Positions 20,390-30,636 of a stretch of DNA of 64,000 nucleotides are shown here, one piece after another. The stretch spans positions 32,001 to 96,000 of the forward strand of contig CAWKBC010000044.1 in assembly GCA_963847705.1 (NCBI GenBank). The letters are read 5' to 3'. The stretch comes from an uncultured Pseudomonadota bacterium. GTDB lineage: Bacteria > Myxococcota_A > Polyangia > Fen-1088. A program made the position numbers and the translations under genes. Each line of letters opens with the position of its first letter. The stretch's first letter is position 1. The notes below the pieces were generated by a model. The model was given only the letters and a program-made list of their open reading frames with translations, made no database searches and was not told the origin of the DNA.

Positions 20390-21154
20390 ATGAGCCTCGG
20401 ACGTCGCAAGGTCGGTCTGGAAGAACAGTCGCGGTGGGTCTTCAACCGGATGGCGGCCTTCTACGCGGCCCGCCCGGCCTACCCCACTCCGCTGATCGAC
20501 GCGCTCGCCGAGCTGGCGGGTCCCGTCGGCAGCCGGATCGGCGATCTCGGCGCGGGGGTTGGCCACCTGGCGCTGCCGCTGGCGGAGCGGGGCCACCAGG
20601 TGGTGGCGATCGAGCCGGCCCAGGAGATGCTCGACCAGCTGCGGGCCGCGGCGGCGGAGAAGCGGCTCGCGCTGCGCGCGCTTCACGCCGCCGCCGAGGC
20701 GTTGCCGCTCGAGTCCGCCTCCCTCGATCTGGTGGTCATCGCGGACGCGCTTCACTTCCTGGACACCGAGCTCACCGCGCGGCAGATCGCGCGTGTGCTG
20801 GCGCCGGGGGGCGCGCTGGCGCTCGTCACCTGCGGGTTCGGGCAGACGCCGTTCATGCGCGGCGTGGTCCGGCTGATGGAGGAGGCTGCCCCGCGCCGAC
20901 CGCGCGCGCTGACCCAGTCGATCGTTCACCTCTCCGCGCTGTCGGGCGTGCCGCTGACGGACGAGCGCCGCTTTCACGACGAGACGCCGATCGACCACCC
21001 GACCCTGGAACGGATCCTGCGCTCGATCTCGTTCATCGGACCGGCGATGAACGTGGCGCGCTTCGCCGCCCTGCGCGAGCGCGTCCACGCGCTGCCGGAG
21101 GCGCCGTCCTGGGCGCGCACGTTCGTCCTCCGATCGGGGCGTCGCCGTGGCTAG
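20390..21154 (+). CDS. Class I SAM-dependent methyltransferase
   Basis: Y..RPAYP, DLGAGVG, AIEPAQEM, AEALPL and RVLAPGG motifs. Confidence 0.88.
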   Translation: MSLGRRKVGLEEQSRWVFNRMAAFYAARPAYPTPLIDALAELAGPVGSRIGDLGAGVGHLALPLAERGHQVVAIEPAQEMLDQLRAAAAEKRLALRALHAAAEALPLESASLDLVVIADALHFLDTELTARQIARVLAPGGALALVTCGFGQTPFMRGVVRLMEEAAPRRPRALTQSIVHLSALSGVPLTDERRFHDETPIDHPTLERILRSISFIGPAMNVARFAALRERVHALPEAPSWARTFVLRSGRRRG

Positions 21155-22455
21155 GTGGCGCTCGGGACAGCGTCCTTGGTGCCCGCTTCGCTTCGCAGGT
21201 GCTGGCGAGGCAGCGTGACCGTGAAGGTCGTGCCGTCCGCTTCGGACGACTGGCAGTCGACGGTCCCCTGGTGGGCGGCCACGATCTGGCCGACGATGAA
21301 GAGGCCCAGACCCAGTCCTTGACGCCCCCTCTCCGCCTGCTCACTCCCGCGCCGCATCGGCTGAAACAACACCGCGGCCGTCTCGGGTGGGATGGCCGGT
21401 CCCTGGTTGTGGACCTCGAGAAGGAGCGAGTCAGGGGTGCCGCCCGAGGAGACCCGGACCGATGTTCCCGGCGGACTGTAGCTGCTGGCGTTGCGCACCA
21501 GATTGGTGAGGACCTGGGCGAGACGGTCCGCGTCCCCCTCGCCCCGCCCATCGCCGGACTGCTCGAGCTGAATCTCGCGTCCGAGATGCGCCGCCTGGAG
21601 CTCGTCGACGATCTGCCGCGTCAAGGCGTGGAGATCGAGCGATTTCCTGTGGACCGGAATTCCACCTCCGATGCGGGCCTGGGTGAAATCGAGCAGGTCC
21701 CGAATCATCCGCTCGGCGCGACGGCCGGAGGAGACGATCCGAGCGGCCGTCTTGGTCTGCTTGTCGTTGAGGTCCCCGCGTTGGATGAGGACGGCGGCCG
21801 AGATGAGCATGGCGCTCAACGGATTGCGCAGGTCATGACTGACGATGCCGACGAGGTATTGCTCGAACTCGATCCGCTCCCGAAGGCTCCGATTCACCCG
21901 CGCCAGCTGCGCCTGATGGTCCTTGAGCTCGGCCAGCGCGCGAATCAACTCCTGGTTCTGCCGCCGAACCTCCTCGAACGGGCTCTCGAATCCGGGCCGG
22001 GAGAGCTCGGTTTCAATCAGGGTGAGCAGCTCGGGTGTGACTCTCGGCGCCTGCTCCGGCAGGAGCTTTCTCATCTCGACCGTCGTCCCGCGACCCATGG
22101 CGGTGTCGACCTGCAGGCCATCCATCAGTTTTTTCGAGCCGACCAGCCCCACGCCCAGGCCGGTCCGCGATCTGACCTGTCCGCCGAGGATGGCCGGCAG
22201 ATTGCCGATCCCGGGACCGCTGTCGCTCACCCGAACGAAGAACGCCGCGGGCGCCTCCGCCTCGACGCTGAACTGCACCCGCCCGCCGTGCGCATACTGA
22301 AAGGCATTGCGCGCCACCTCGGAGGCCGCGGTGGCGATGCGCGTTTGGTCCTGCAGGTCGAAGCCGAACAGCGTGGCCAGCTGCCGCGCCCGCTGGCGCA
22401 CCCGCACCACGTCCGGTTCGGCGCGAATCTCCAGACTGAGAAGCACCGGGCTCAT
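21151..22455 (-). CDS. Stressosome output sensor histidine kinase (RsbT-like HATPase + coiled coil + HisKA + HATPase)
   Basis: TRIATAASEVARNA..D.GPGI N-terminal domain; SHDLRNPL H-box, NLVRNA, GLGLGL; ATGA coupled to rsbX. Confidence 0.9.
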   Translation of the reverse strand: MSPVLLSLEIRAEPDVVRVRQRARQLATLFGFDLQDQTRIATAASEVARNAFQYAHGGRVQFSVEAEAPAAFFVRVSDSGPGIGNLPAILGGQVRSRTGLGVGLVGSKKLMDGLQVDTAMGRGTTVEMRKLLPEQAPRVTPELLTLIETELSRPGFESPFEEVRRQNQELIRALAELKDHQAQLARVNRSLRERIEFEQYLVGIVSHDLRNPLSAMLISAAVLIQRGDLNDKQTKTAARIVSSGRRAERMIRDLLDFTQARIGGGIPVHRKSLDLHALTRQIVDELQAAHLGREIQLEQSGDGRGEGDADRLAQVLTNLVRNASSYSPPGTSVRVSSGGTPDSLLLEVHNQGPAIPPETAAVLFQPMRRGSEQAERGRQGLGLGLFIVGQIVAAHQGTVDCQSSEADGTTFTVTLPRQHLRSEAGTKDAVPSAT

Positions 22456-23483
22456 CGCGCGCGCTCTCGGGCGACCACCACGACCACATCGTCCCGGCGC
22501 CGGACGAAGTCTCGGTAGAGAACGCCGGCGATCAGACTGGGGGTCTTTTGACTCAACCCCGGGTAGGAATCGAGCTCCCAGCTGTTCGAGAGCCCATCCG
22601 AATGCATCACCACGATCCCCCCGTCCGGCCAAGGATGGCCGAACTGCTGGATGTGCTCGATGGACTGCCCCGCGGTGCCGTTGTGAGAGACCAGGCTTCT
22701 GGAGCGCGCATGTGACGAGATCAGGGTCCCGGCGATGTTGCCGACTCCGGCGAAGTGGAGCTCCCGCCTTGCCCACTCGATCTCGGCGACGGCCGCCGCC
22801 GCGCCTCGCGTGCCCTGCAGAGCCACGTCGAGCGTGCGAAGAAGCGACTCCGGCCCTCCCCCCGCTTGCTCCCCGAAGGCCAGAAGGGCCTTGCCCGCGG
22901 CGGCAAAAGCGTGAGGGCCGTGCCCGAGCCCGTCCACCACCAGGATCGTGGAGAGGCCTCGACCGTCGCGCACCGCCCAGGCGTCGCCGCTCACCTCTTC
23001 CCCCTGCTTGGCCACGCAAACGGCGCCCCACTCGAGGACCGAGCCGGTCGAGCCCGCGGCGCCGTCGCCAATGCGCGCCAGGATCGCCGTGCCCTTTCCC
23101 GGCGCCGAGAAGACGTCGAAGGTCGTCGACAATCGCGCGATGGCACCGAGCCCCACGCCCCGCGAGCCTCCGGTGGAGAAGCCGTCCCGCATGCAGGCAC
23201 TAACGTTCGCCATACCGGGGCCCTGGTCGAGGGCCAGGAGCTCCAGACAACAAGCCGGGGACCTCGCCCCCCACGTGCGGAGGAGCAACTCGCCGCCGCC
23301 CCCATGCTGGACCAGGTTGGTCGAGGCCTCGGTGACGACCAGCGCCACGCGTTCCGCGTCTGTCTGACTGAAACCGATCGCCTCCGCGCGGGCGGTTGCC
23401 AGCCGACGGGCGGCGCCCACCCCGCTCAGCTCGAGAACGGGGATGGACGTGGAGAGGTAACTGGCCGGCAAGGTCACGCCCAT
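22452..23483 (-). CDS. rsbX: RsbX-like protein (HATPase + SpoIIE/PP2C phosphatase)
   Basis: TEASTNLVQH and D.GPGM; SGD, VDGLGHG, GVGNI, MHSDGL and RDD motifs. Confidence 0.85.
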   Translation of the reverse strand: MGVTLPASYLSTSIPVLELSGVGAARRLATARAEAIGFSQTDAERVALVVTEASTNLVQHGGGGELLLRTWGARSPACCLELLALDQGPGMANVSACMRDGFSTGGSRGVGLGAIARLSTTFDVFSAPGKGTAILARIGDGAAGSTGSVLEWGAVCVAKQGEEVSGDAWAVRDGRGLSTILVVDGLGHGPHAFAAAGKALLAFGEQAGGGPESLLRTLDVALQGTRGAAAAVAEIEWARRELHFAGVGNIAGTLISSHARSRSLVSHNGTAGQSIEHIQQFGHPWPDGGIVVMHSDGLSNSWELDSYPGLSQKTPSLIAGVLYRDFVRRRDDVVVVVARERAR

Positions 23484-23869
23484 TGCGTCACCACCACGCG
23501 CGTGCCCTCGCCGGGGCGCGAGTCGACCTCGAACTCGTTCACCAGGCGCCGGGCTCCACCAAACCCCAGGCCCAGGCCGCCCCCGGTGGTAAAGCCGTTC
23601 GTCAGCGCCTGCTCGACGTCGGCAATGCCAGGGCCCTCGTCTTCGAAGGTCAGCCGAAGCCCGCGCCGCTGGCGGTCGACCAGCGTCTCCATCCGGACAC
23701 TTCCGCCGCCGCCGTGGGTGAGAGCGTTGCGACCGAGCTCGCTGGCCGCCGTGACGAGCTTCGTCTGGTTCAAGCTGGAAAAGCCCAGCTCGGCCGCCCA
23801 CTCCCGCACCATCTGGCGAACGAGAAGGAGATCCTTCTCCTCGCGAATGGGCAACGTTTCACGCATCAC
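23474..23869 (-). CDS. rsbT: Stressosome Ser/Thr kinase RsbT
   Basis: TKLVTAASELGRN, DEGPGI, GFTTGGGLGLG and RLVNEF. Confidence 0.93.
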   Translation of the reverse strand: MMRETLPIREEKDLLLVRQMVREWAAELGFSSLNQTKLVTAASELGRNALTHGGGGSVRMETLVDRQRRGLRLTFEDEGPGIADVEQALTNGFTTGGGLGLGFGGARRLVNEFEVDSRPGEGTRVVVTQWA

Positions 23870-24245
23870 CTGACGCGTCCGGGCCTTCTCCCGACCTGGC
23901 GGCGCTCAGGAGCGCCATCCCTCGCTCCGCGTTGAGCGCTGTTCGGATGCCGGGCAGCGCGACCCCCATCTCCACCAGGGTCATGGCGACGGTGGGCCGC
24001 ATCCCGACCAGCACCGTGTCGGCGTCGAGGACCTGCGACATCTGCGCGATGTCTCCCATCACCCGGGCAATGTAGGAATCCACCGTGTCCAGCGCCGAGA
24101 TGTCGATGAGAACCCCGCGCGCTTTCGTCTCGGCCACGCGCTGGCAAACGTCGTCCTGGAGCGCGGTGGCGAGCCTGTCGTACATGTCCACCTGAATGGT
24201 GACCAGCAAGAACTCGCCCATGTGCAGGATGGGGATGCGTTCCAT
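23859..24245 (-). CDS. rsbS: Stressosome STAS protein RsbS
   Basis: MERIPIL, GVLIDIS..VDSY phospho-site, GMRPTVAMTLVEMG. Confidence 0.93.
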   Translation of the reverse strand: MERIPILHMGEFLLVTIQVDMYDRLATALQDDVCQRVAETKARGVLIDISALDTVDSYIARVMGDIAQMSQVLDADTVLVGMRPTVAMTLVEMGVALPGIRTALNAERGMALLSAARSGEGPDASGDA

Positions 24246-24254
24246 GCGGAGCCT

Positions 24255-25130
24255 CTACCCGTTGCCGCTCGGGCCCGAGATCGGTTTCACCGCCAGGGCT
24301 CGCTGCTTGAAGGCCACCGCCAGGGCGCCGGCCAGGGTGGATTTCGTGATGACGCCGGCCAGGTTCACGCCGAGGTGGACCATCGTCTGGGCGATTTGAG
24401 GGCGCACCCCAGAAATGATGCATTCGGCGCCCATCAAGCGCGTGGCGTTCACGGTCTTGAGAAGATTCTGGGCCGTCTGCGTGTCGACGGTGGGAACCCC
24501 GGTGATGTCGATGATGGCGAATTGCGCCTGCGTGTGGGCGATCCGCTCGAGCAGCGTCTCCATGACCAGCTGGGTGCGCTTGGAGTCGAGCGTGCCGATG
24601 ATGGGGAGGCCCAGAATGCCTTGCCACAGCTCCACCACCGGGGTCGACAGCTCGAACATCTCCTTCGCCTGCCGGCCGATGATGTCTTCGCGCGACTTGA
24701 TGAAGGCCTCGGTGGTGTAGAGGCCGAGCTTGTCGAGCAGCGCGGTGGCGCGCCACAGGTCCTCGGCGAGGCCGTCCAGGTCGTCGTGGCTCTGCCGCAG
24801 CCGCGTGAACAGCGGCTGTTTGAAGGAGAGGACGAAGGTGGCGGTCTCGGAGGAGGTGAAGCCCTGAATGGCCCGCGATCGACTCAGCTCATCGAGCATC
24901 TCGCGCAGAGGGGCCCACTGCGGCCCCTGGATGTGCATGAGGTCGTTGCCGCGCGCCGCGAGGCGAAGCAGCTCGAGGAACCGTCCAGACTGCTCGCGCA
25001 GGTCCCCCTCCTTCAAGAGGTCCGGCCGCGCCGTCGTGGCGGTCACCTGTTCTTCCATCCAGTCCGCCAGGATGCCGGCTTCCTGTTTCTCCAGGACCTC
25101 CGGAATCTTCGTCTTCACCTCAGTGGCCAT
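24255..25130 (-). CDS. rsbR: Stressosome sensor RsbR (RsbRD_N-like + STAS)
   Basis: ELSTPVV, PIIGTLDS, IIDITGVPTVDT and GVRPQIAQT. Confidence 0.93.
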   Translation of the reverse strand: MATEVKTKIPEVLEKQEAGILADWMEEQVTATTARPDLLKEGDLREQSGRFLELLRLAARGNDLMHIQGPQWAPLREMLDELSRSRAIQGFTSSETATFVLSFKQPLFTRLRQSHDDLDGLAEDLWRATALLDKLGLYTTEAFIKSREDIIGRQAKEMFELSTPVVELWQGILGLPIIGTLDSKRTQLVMETLLERIAHTQAQFAIIDITGVPTVDTQTAQNLLKTVNATRLMGAECIISGVRPQIAQTMVHLGVNLAGVITKSTLAGALAVAFKQRALAVKPISGPSGNG

Positions 25131-25635
25131 TTCCCGTCTCCTGGTTTGAACTTCTGACCGGCCTCTCGACGGTGAAGACGTGGCGCTCGTCAGCTGGATT
25201 CTTCACCGGACCGCTCTCCGCGCCGCCGACGCCCGTGGCGCGGCCGCAGAACCGAGCGATCTCAGGCGCGGCTCGCATCGCTTCCTGCTTCTCGATGCGC
25301 GACCAGGGTATCCATCGAAGCGCGCCGAGACCACGCAGGATCACCCGAGTGGCCTGTAAGGTTTTCCCGCCGGTCAAGCGGCGGGCCCTCAGCCCCACCT
25401 CCAGCTAGGGCCGCTCTGCGCTCGGTGAAGACCACCACAGGAGATTGCCGCTTCGATCCACGCCGCCGACGATTCCGACTCGCACGCTGTCTATCATAAC
25501 GGATGAATGTCTTGACCCGCGGCAAGGCAGGTGGCAAATAGAGCCCATGCGCTGCGAGGACGCCTCCTCCTCCTGTCCCTGGGCAGGGCGCCCACTCCCG
25601 GGTGCTCTGCCCGCGACGTCAACAGGAGGAATCGC

Positions 25636-27117
25636 ATGTCCATCCCATCTCGTTCGTGGAGAGCCCGTTCACCCTATTTCCTGAGCGGGGGCCTCGCCGT
25701 GCTGTTCGGCGCGGCCCTGACCCGAGCTGCCTCCGGCACGGAGGCGGCCGCCCCGCCGCCTCTGGTGCCGCCGCCGATCACCGTACTGACATCCAAGCCA
25801 GGCGTGGAGCCCGGCCTGATCTTCGTGGCGCCCAAGCAGACCCCGCCCGGCGCGACCCAGCAAGGACCGGAGATCATCGACAACCAGGGACGACCGGTCT
25901 GGTTCCAGGCGGTGGGGGCCAACCAGCAGGCAGCGAACTTCCGTGTCCAGCAGTACCGGGGCGAGTCGGTTGTGACCTGGTGGCAGGGGATTACGGTCCC
26001 GAACAGCCCTGGCGAAGGACAGGGGGTCAATTACGTTTACGACCACGCGTACCACCAGATCGCGGTGGTGGCCGCGGGGAACGGCTATCAGGCCGACCTG
26101 CACGAGTTCCGCATCACGCCGCGCGGGACGGCGTTCCTCACGATCTACAACCACATCCCGTATGACCTCTCGTCCGCGGGCGGGCCGGCGAACGGAATCG
26201 TGATCGACGGCGTCGCGCAGGAGGTGGACGTCGCCAGCGGCAAGGTGGTCTGGGAGTGGCACAGCATCGATCACGTTCCGCTGTCGGAGAGCCAGGTGGC
26301 GGCGCCGACCTCGGCCACCACGCCCTATGACTACTTCCACATCAACGCCATCAACTGGGACGACGACGGGAACGTCTTGATCGACTCCCGCAACGCCTGG
26401 ACGGCCTACAAGATCGACCGCCGCACGAAGGAGATCATCTGGCGCCAGGGGGGCAAGAGCTCGACGTTCGCGCTCACCACCGGCGACAACGGCACGCAGA
26501 CCGCCTGGCAGCACGATCCCGAGTTCGTGGACAACCGCACGCTGCGCTTCTTCGACAACGAGGCGGCACCCAGCGTGCTGCCGTATTCGCGCGTGGTCTG
26601 GATCCGGCAGAACCCGCACGACAAGACCTCGACGGTGGTGAAGCAGATCGTCCACCCCGACAGGATCCAGGCCGTATCGCAGGGGAACGCGCAGGCTCTG
26701 GACCGCGGTCACACCTTCGTGGGCTGGGGCGCCACCGGCCGCTTCTCGGAGTTCGACGCCGACGGCAACCTGCTGTTCGACGCCGCCGTCCCGGCGACCG
26801 GCGGCTGGGACGACTACCGCGCTTACCGCTTCGTCTGGCACGGGACGCCCGACTCCAGGCCGACCGCCACCGCCCAGAAGAACGCCGACGGCAGCATCAC
26901 CGTGCACGCCATCTGGAACGGCGCCACCGAGGTCGCGCGCTGGATCGTGATCGGCGGCGAGCGCGCCTCGGCCCTCTGGCCGCTCGGCTCGGGTGACTGG
27001 AACGGGCTCGACACCGCCATCACCTTGCAGAGCGACGCTCAGCATGTCGCCGTGGTGGCCGAGGACGCCCACGGGCGGCTGATCGGGCGTTCCACGTCGA
27101 TCGTCGTCACCCCCTGA
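25636..27117 (+). CDS. Secreted arylsulfotransferase (ASST) family protein
   Basis: AGGAGG RBS, signal peptide, DLHEF, DYFHINA, WQHD and QGNAQ motifs. Confidence 0.85.
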   Translation: MSIPSRSWRARSPYFLSGGLAVLFGAALTRAASGTEAAAPPPLVPPPITVLTSKPGVEPGLIFVAPKQTPPGATQQGPEIIDNQGRPVWFQAVGANQQAANFRVQQYRGESVVTWWQGITVPNSPGEGQGVNYVYDHAYHQIAVVAAGNGYQADLHEFRITPRGTAFLTIYNHIPYDLSSAGGPANGIVIDGVAQEVDVASGKVVWEWHSIDHVPLSESQVAAPTSATTPYDYFHINAINWDDDGNVLIDSRNAWTAYKIDRRTKEIIWRQGGKSSTFALTTGDNGTQTAWQHDPEFVDNRTLRFFDNEAAPSVLPYSRVVWIRQNPHDKTSTVVKQIVHPDRIQAVSQGNAQALDRGHTFVGWGATGRFSEFDADGNLLFDAAVPATGGWDDYRAYRFVWHGTPDSRPTATAQKNADGSITVHAIWNGATEVARWIVIGGERASALWPLGSGDWNGLDTAITLQSDAQHVAVVAEDAHGRLIGRSTSIVVTP

Positions 27118-27269
27118 CGGGCGGCCGACCGGGCACCGCACGCGCGAAGGGCCTCTCGCGTGCGGTGCGCCGGCTTCACGACGAGCCGGCGATCGTCGGC
27201 GATAATGAGGCGTGTCTGACCCAAAAACGTGGCGTCTCGAAACCTGTTCGCAACAAGCGGAGCGATAGC

Positions 27270-28490
27270 GTGGCCGAGGACGGAGGCCCCATCGGTTCCT
27301 GGCAGACACTGGTCATCAACTCGGGCAGCTCGTCGCTGAAGTTCGCGCTCATCGAGGCGGGCTCGGGACGGGTCAGCCAGCAGGGGTTGGCGGAGCGACT
27401 CGGCACGCAGATGGCCCGTCTCCGCACGCACGGTCGCGACGGCGAGGGCGGTGAAACCGACGCGGAGAAGGCGCTCCCCGGGGCCGGGCACGCCGAGGCG
27501 CTGGAGGAGATCCTGGCGCAGCTCGGCAGCCGGCGACCGGACGCCGTCGGCCACCGGGTGGTCCACGGAGGGGAGACCTTCTCGCAGAGCGTGGTGCTCG
27601 ACGACGAGGTCGTGGAACGAATTCGCGCCTGCAACGATCTGGCGCCGCTGCACAACCCCGCCAACCTGCTGGGGATCGAGATCGCGCGCCGCCGATTTCC
27701 CACGCTGAAGCAGGTGGCGGTCTTCGACACCGCGTTTCACCAGACGTTGCCGCCCAGGGCCTTCATGTACGCCGTCCCCTACGAGCTGTACGAGCGCCAT
27801 CGCGTCCGCCGCTACGGATTCCACGGGACCAGCCACGCCTTCGTGGCGGGGGAGGCGGCGCAGCGGCTCGGCAAGCCGCTCGAGGAGCTCCAGCTGGTCA
27901 CCGCGCACCTGGGCAACGGCTGCAGCGCCTGCGCGATCAAGGGCGGACGCAGCGTCGACACCACCATGGGGCTCACGCCGCTGGAAGGGCTGGTGATGGG
28001 CAGCCGCAGCGGCGACGTCGACCCGAACCTGCATCAGTTCCTGGCCGACCAGACCGGCCAATCGCTCGCTCAGATCACCGATCTGCTCAACCGGGAGAGC
28101 GGCCTCTTGGGGCTCTCCGGGACCAGCAACGACATGCGCACCCTGCTGGACGCGCGCGGCCGCGGCGACGCGCGCGCCGCCCTGGCCATCGACGTCTTCT
28201 GTTATCGGCTGGCCAAGTCGCTGCTCGGGCTCTGCGCGGCGCTCGAACGGATCGACGCGCTGGTGTTCACGGGCGGCATCGGCGAGCACGCGGCGGCGAT
28301 CCGCGCCGAGACGCTGGCGCAGCTGCGCCTCCTCGGCCCGCTCGTCGACCCCGCGCGCAACGCCGCGCACGGCGCGGCGACCGCCGGCCGCATCACCGCC
28401 GATGGCTCGCCGCTGCTCTCGCTGGTGATTCCCACCAACGAAGAGCTGGTGATCGCCCGCGAGACCGCCCGCCTCCTCGATCACCCCTGA
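27270..28490 (+). CDS. ackA: Acetate kinase
   Basis: LVINSGSSSLK, GHRVVHGG, APLHNP, FDTAFH, RYGFHGTSH, HLGNG and PTNEE. Confidence 0.97.
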   Translation: MAEDGGPIGSWQTLVINSGSSSLKFALIEAGSGRVSQQGLAERLGTQMARLRTHGRDGEGGETDAEKALPGAGHAEALEEILAQLGSRRPDAVGHRVVHGGETFSQSVVLDDEVVERIRACNDLAPLHNPANLLGIEIARRRFPTLKQVAVFDTAFHQTLPPRAFMYAVPYELYERHRVRRYGFHGTSHAFVAGEAAQRLGKPLEELQLVTAHLGNGCSACAIKGGRSVDTTMGLTPLEGLVMGSRSGDVDPNLHQFLADQTGQSLAQITDLLNRESGLLGLSGTSNDMRTLLDARGRGDARAALAIDVFCYRLAKSLLGLCAALERIDALVFTGGIGEHAAAIRAETLAQLRLLGPLVDPARNAAHGAATAGRITADGSPLLSLVIPTNEELVIARETARLLDHP

Positions 28491-28511
28491 TTGCGCCCAG
28501 GAGCCTTCGCC

Positions 28512-30626
28512 ATGCCACACACGTTCTATCTGGTCCCGAGCGGAGGCGGCGTGGGCCTCACCTCACTGGCGCTGGGGTTGGTGCGGGCCCTCGACAACCG
28601 GGGAATCCGGGTGGCCTTCTTCAAACCGATCGGTCAGCCGGTCGGGCACGACACCGGCCCCGAGCGATCGACCTACTTCATCCGACGGCTCAGCCCGCTG
28701 ACGCCCGCCACCCCCATCTCGCTCGAAGAGGCCGGGCGGATGATCTTGGCCCGCCGCACCGACGACCTGCTGGAACGGGTCATGCGCGACTTTCACGTCT
28801 CGGCCGGCAACGCCGACGTGGTGGTGGTCGAAGGGCTGGTGGAGATGCGAGACAGCCTGAGCGCCTCCGACCTGAACCTGCAGCTGGTCCAGACCCTGAG
28901 CGCGCAGGTCATCATGGCCGGCTCGCTGGGGCAGACGCCGGTGGCGGAGTTCGAGGCGCGGCTGGAGCTGTCGGCCAACCCCTACGGAGGCTTCGGCGGC
29001 GCACGGGTGATCGGCTGCCTGGTGAACCGGGTCCCGATCCCGCTCGCCAAGGACGGTCCAATGCGAACCGCCCTGGTGCCCGAGGTGAGCCGCGCTTCCC
29101 TGCTCAGCAAGCCCGGGCTGAACGTGATCGGGGCCGTGCCGGAGAACCCCGAGCTCAACGCCTGTCGCACCATCGACCTGGCCGAGCATCTGCAGGCGGA
29201 GACGGTCCACGAAGGGGAGATGACCACCCGGCGGGTGAAGAAGGTGACGGTGCTGGCCAACACCGTGCCCAACCTGCTGGGAGCGCTGACCCCTGGGTCG
29301 GTGCTGATCACGCCCGGCGACCGCAGCGACGTGATCCTCGCGGTGGCGATGGCCGCCGCCAACAAGATTCCCGTCTCGGGTCTCATCCTCACCGGCGGGC
29401 TCGACCCGCCGCCCGCGCTCCTCGAGCTCTGCCGGCCGGCGCTGCAGACGGGATTGCCGATCCTGAAGGTCAAGTGGTCCACGCTGGAGATCGCCACCCG
29501 CCTCGGCCAGATGAGCACCGAGGTCCCGGTCGACGATCTCGAACGGGTTCAGCGGGCGATGGACTTCGTGGCCCAGCACATCGACGCCGATTGGCTGGCG
29601 CGGCACGCGCAGGTGCCGGTGGAGACCCGGATGTCGCCGGCCGCGTTCTGCTTCCGGCTGACCGAGCTGGCGCGCGCCGCCCACAAGCGGATCGTGCTGC
29701 CCGAGGGGACCGAACCGCGCACGGTGCGGGCCGCGGCCATCTGCGCCGAGCGCGGGATCGCCCGCTGCGTGCTGCTGGGAAACCCCGAGGAGGTGAGGCG
29801 GGTGGCCGCCGCGCAGGAGATCGAGCTGCCCGACGGCCTGGAGATCCTCGATCCCGCTGTGCTGCGGGCCAACTACGTCAATCCGCTGGTCGAGCTGCGC
29901 AAGCACAAGGGGCTGACCCCGCACGCCGCGGCCGACTACCTGGAGGACAGCGTCTGGCTGGGGACGGTGATGCTGGCCCTCGGCGAGGTGGACGGCTTGG
30001 TCTCCGGCGCCACCCATTCCACGGCCAACACCATCCGCCCCGCGCTGCAGATCATCAAGACCCGGCCGGGGGCCAAGGTGGTCTCGTCGATCTTCTTCAT
30101 GTGCCTGCCGGAGCAGGTGCTGGTCTACGGCGACTGCGCCGTGATCCCCGATCCCGACGCCGAGACGCTGGCCGACATCGCCATCCAGAGCGCCGACAGC
30201 GCCGCGCAGTTCGGGATCACGCCCCGGGTGGCGATGATCAGCTACTCCACCGGCGAGTCGGGCTCGGGCTCGGACGTCGACAAGGTGCGCGAGGCGACCC
30301 GGCTGGCGCACCTGCAGCGACCCGACCTGCTGGTCGACGGCCCGCTGCAGTACGACGCCGCCGCCATCGCCGAGGTCGCCGCCAGCAAGGCGCCCGGCAG
30401 CGCGGTCGCCGGGCGCGCCACCGTCTTCGTGTTCCCCGATCTGAACACCGGCAACACCACCTACAAGGCGGTGCAGCGCAGCGCCCACGTCATCAGCATC
30501 GGTCCCATGCTGCAGGGGATGCGCCGACCGGTGAACGATCTTTCGCGCGGCGCCCTGGTCGAGGACATCGTCTACACCATCGCGCTGACCGCCATCCAGG
30601 CCGACCAACCCGCGAGCGGTGTGTAG
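28512..30626 (+). CDS. pta: Phosphate acetyltransferase (long form with BioD-like and DRTGG domains)
   Basis: FFKPI, TPGDRSD, ILTGG, IVLPEG, DGPLQYDAA, PDLNTGN and VNDLSRG. Confidence 0.97.
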   Translation: MPHTFYLVPSGGGVGLTSLALGLVRALDNRGIRVAFFKPIGQPVGHDTGPERSTYFIRRLSPLTPATPISLEEAGRMILARRTDDLLERVMRDFHVSAGNADVVVVEGLVEMRDSLSASDLNLQLVQTLSAQVIMAGSLGQTPVAEFEARLELSANPYGGFGGARVIGCLVNRVPIPLAKDGPMRTALVPEVSRASLLSKPGLNVIGAVPENPELNACRTIDLAEHLQAETVHEGEMTTRRVKKVTVLANTVPNLLGALTPGSVLITPGDRSDVILAVAMAAANKIPVSGLILTGGLDPPPALLELCRPALQTGLPILKVKWSTLEIATRLGQMSTEVPVDDLERVQRAMDFVAQHIDADWLARHAQVPVETRMSPAAFCFRLTELARAAHKRIVLPEGTEPRTVRAAAICAERGIARCVLLGNPEEVRRVAAAQEIELPDGLEILDPAVLRANYVNPLVELRKHKGLTPHAAADYLEDSVWLGTVMLALGEVDGLVSGATHSTANTIRPALQIIKTRPGAKVVSSIFFMCLPEQVLVYGDCAVIPDPDAETLADIAIQSADSAAQFGITPRVAMISYSTGESGSGSDVDKVREATRLAHLQRPDLLVDGPLQYDAAAIAEVAASKAPGSAVAGRATVFVFPDLNTGNTTYKAVQRSAHVISIGPMLQGMRRPVNDLSRGALVEDIVYTIALTAIQADQPASGV

Positions 30627-30636
30627 GGGCGGCTGC

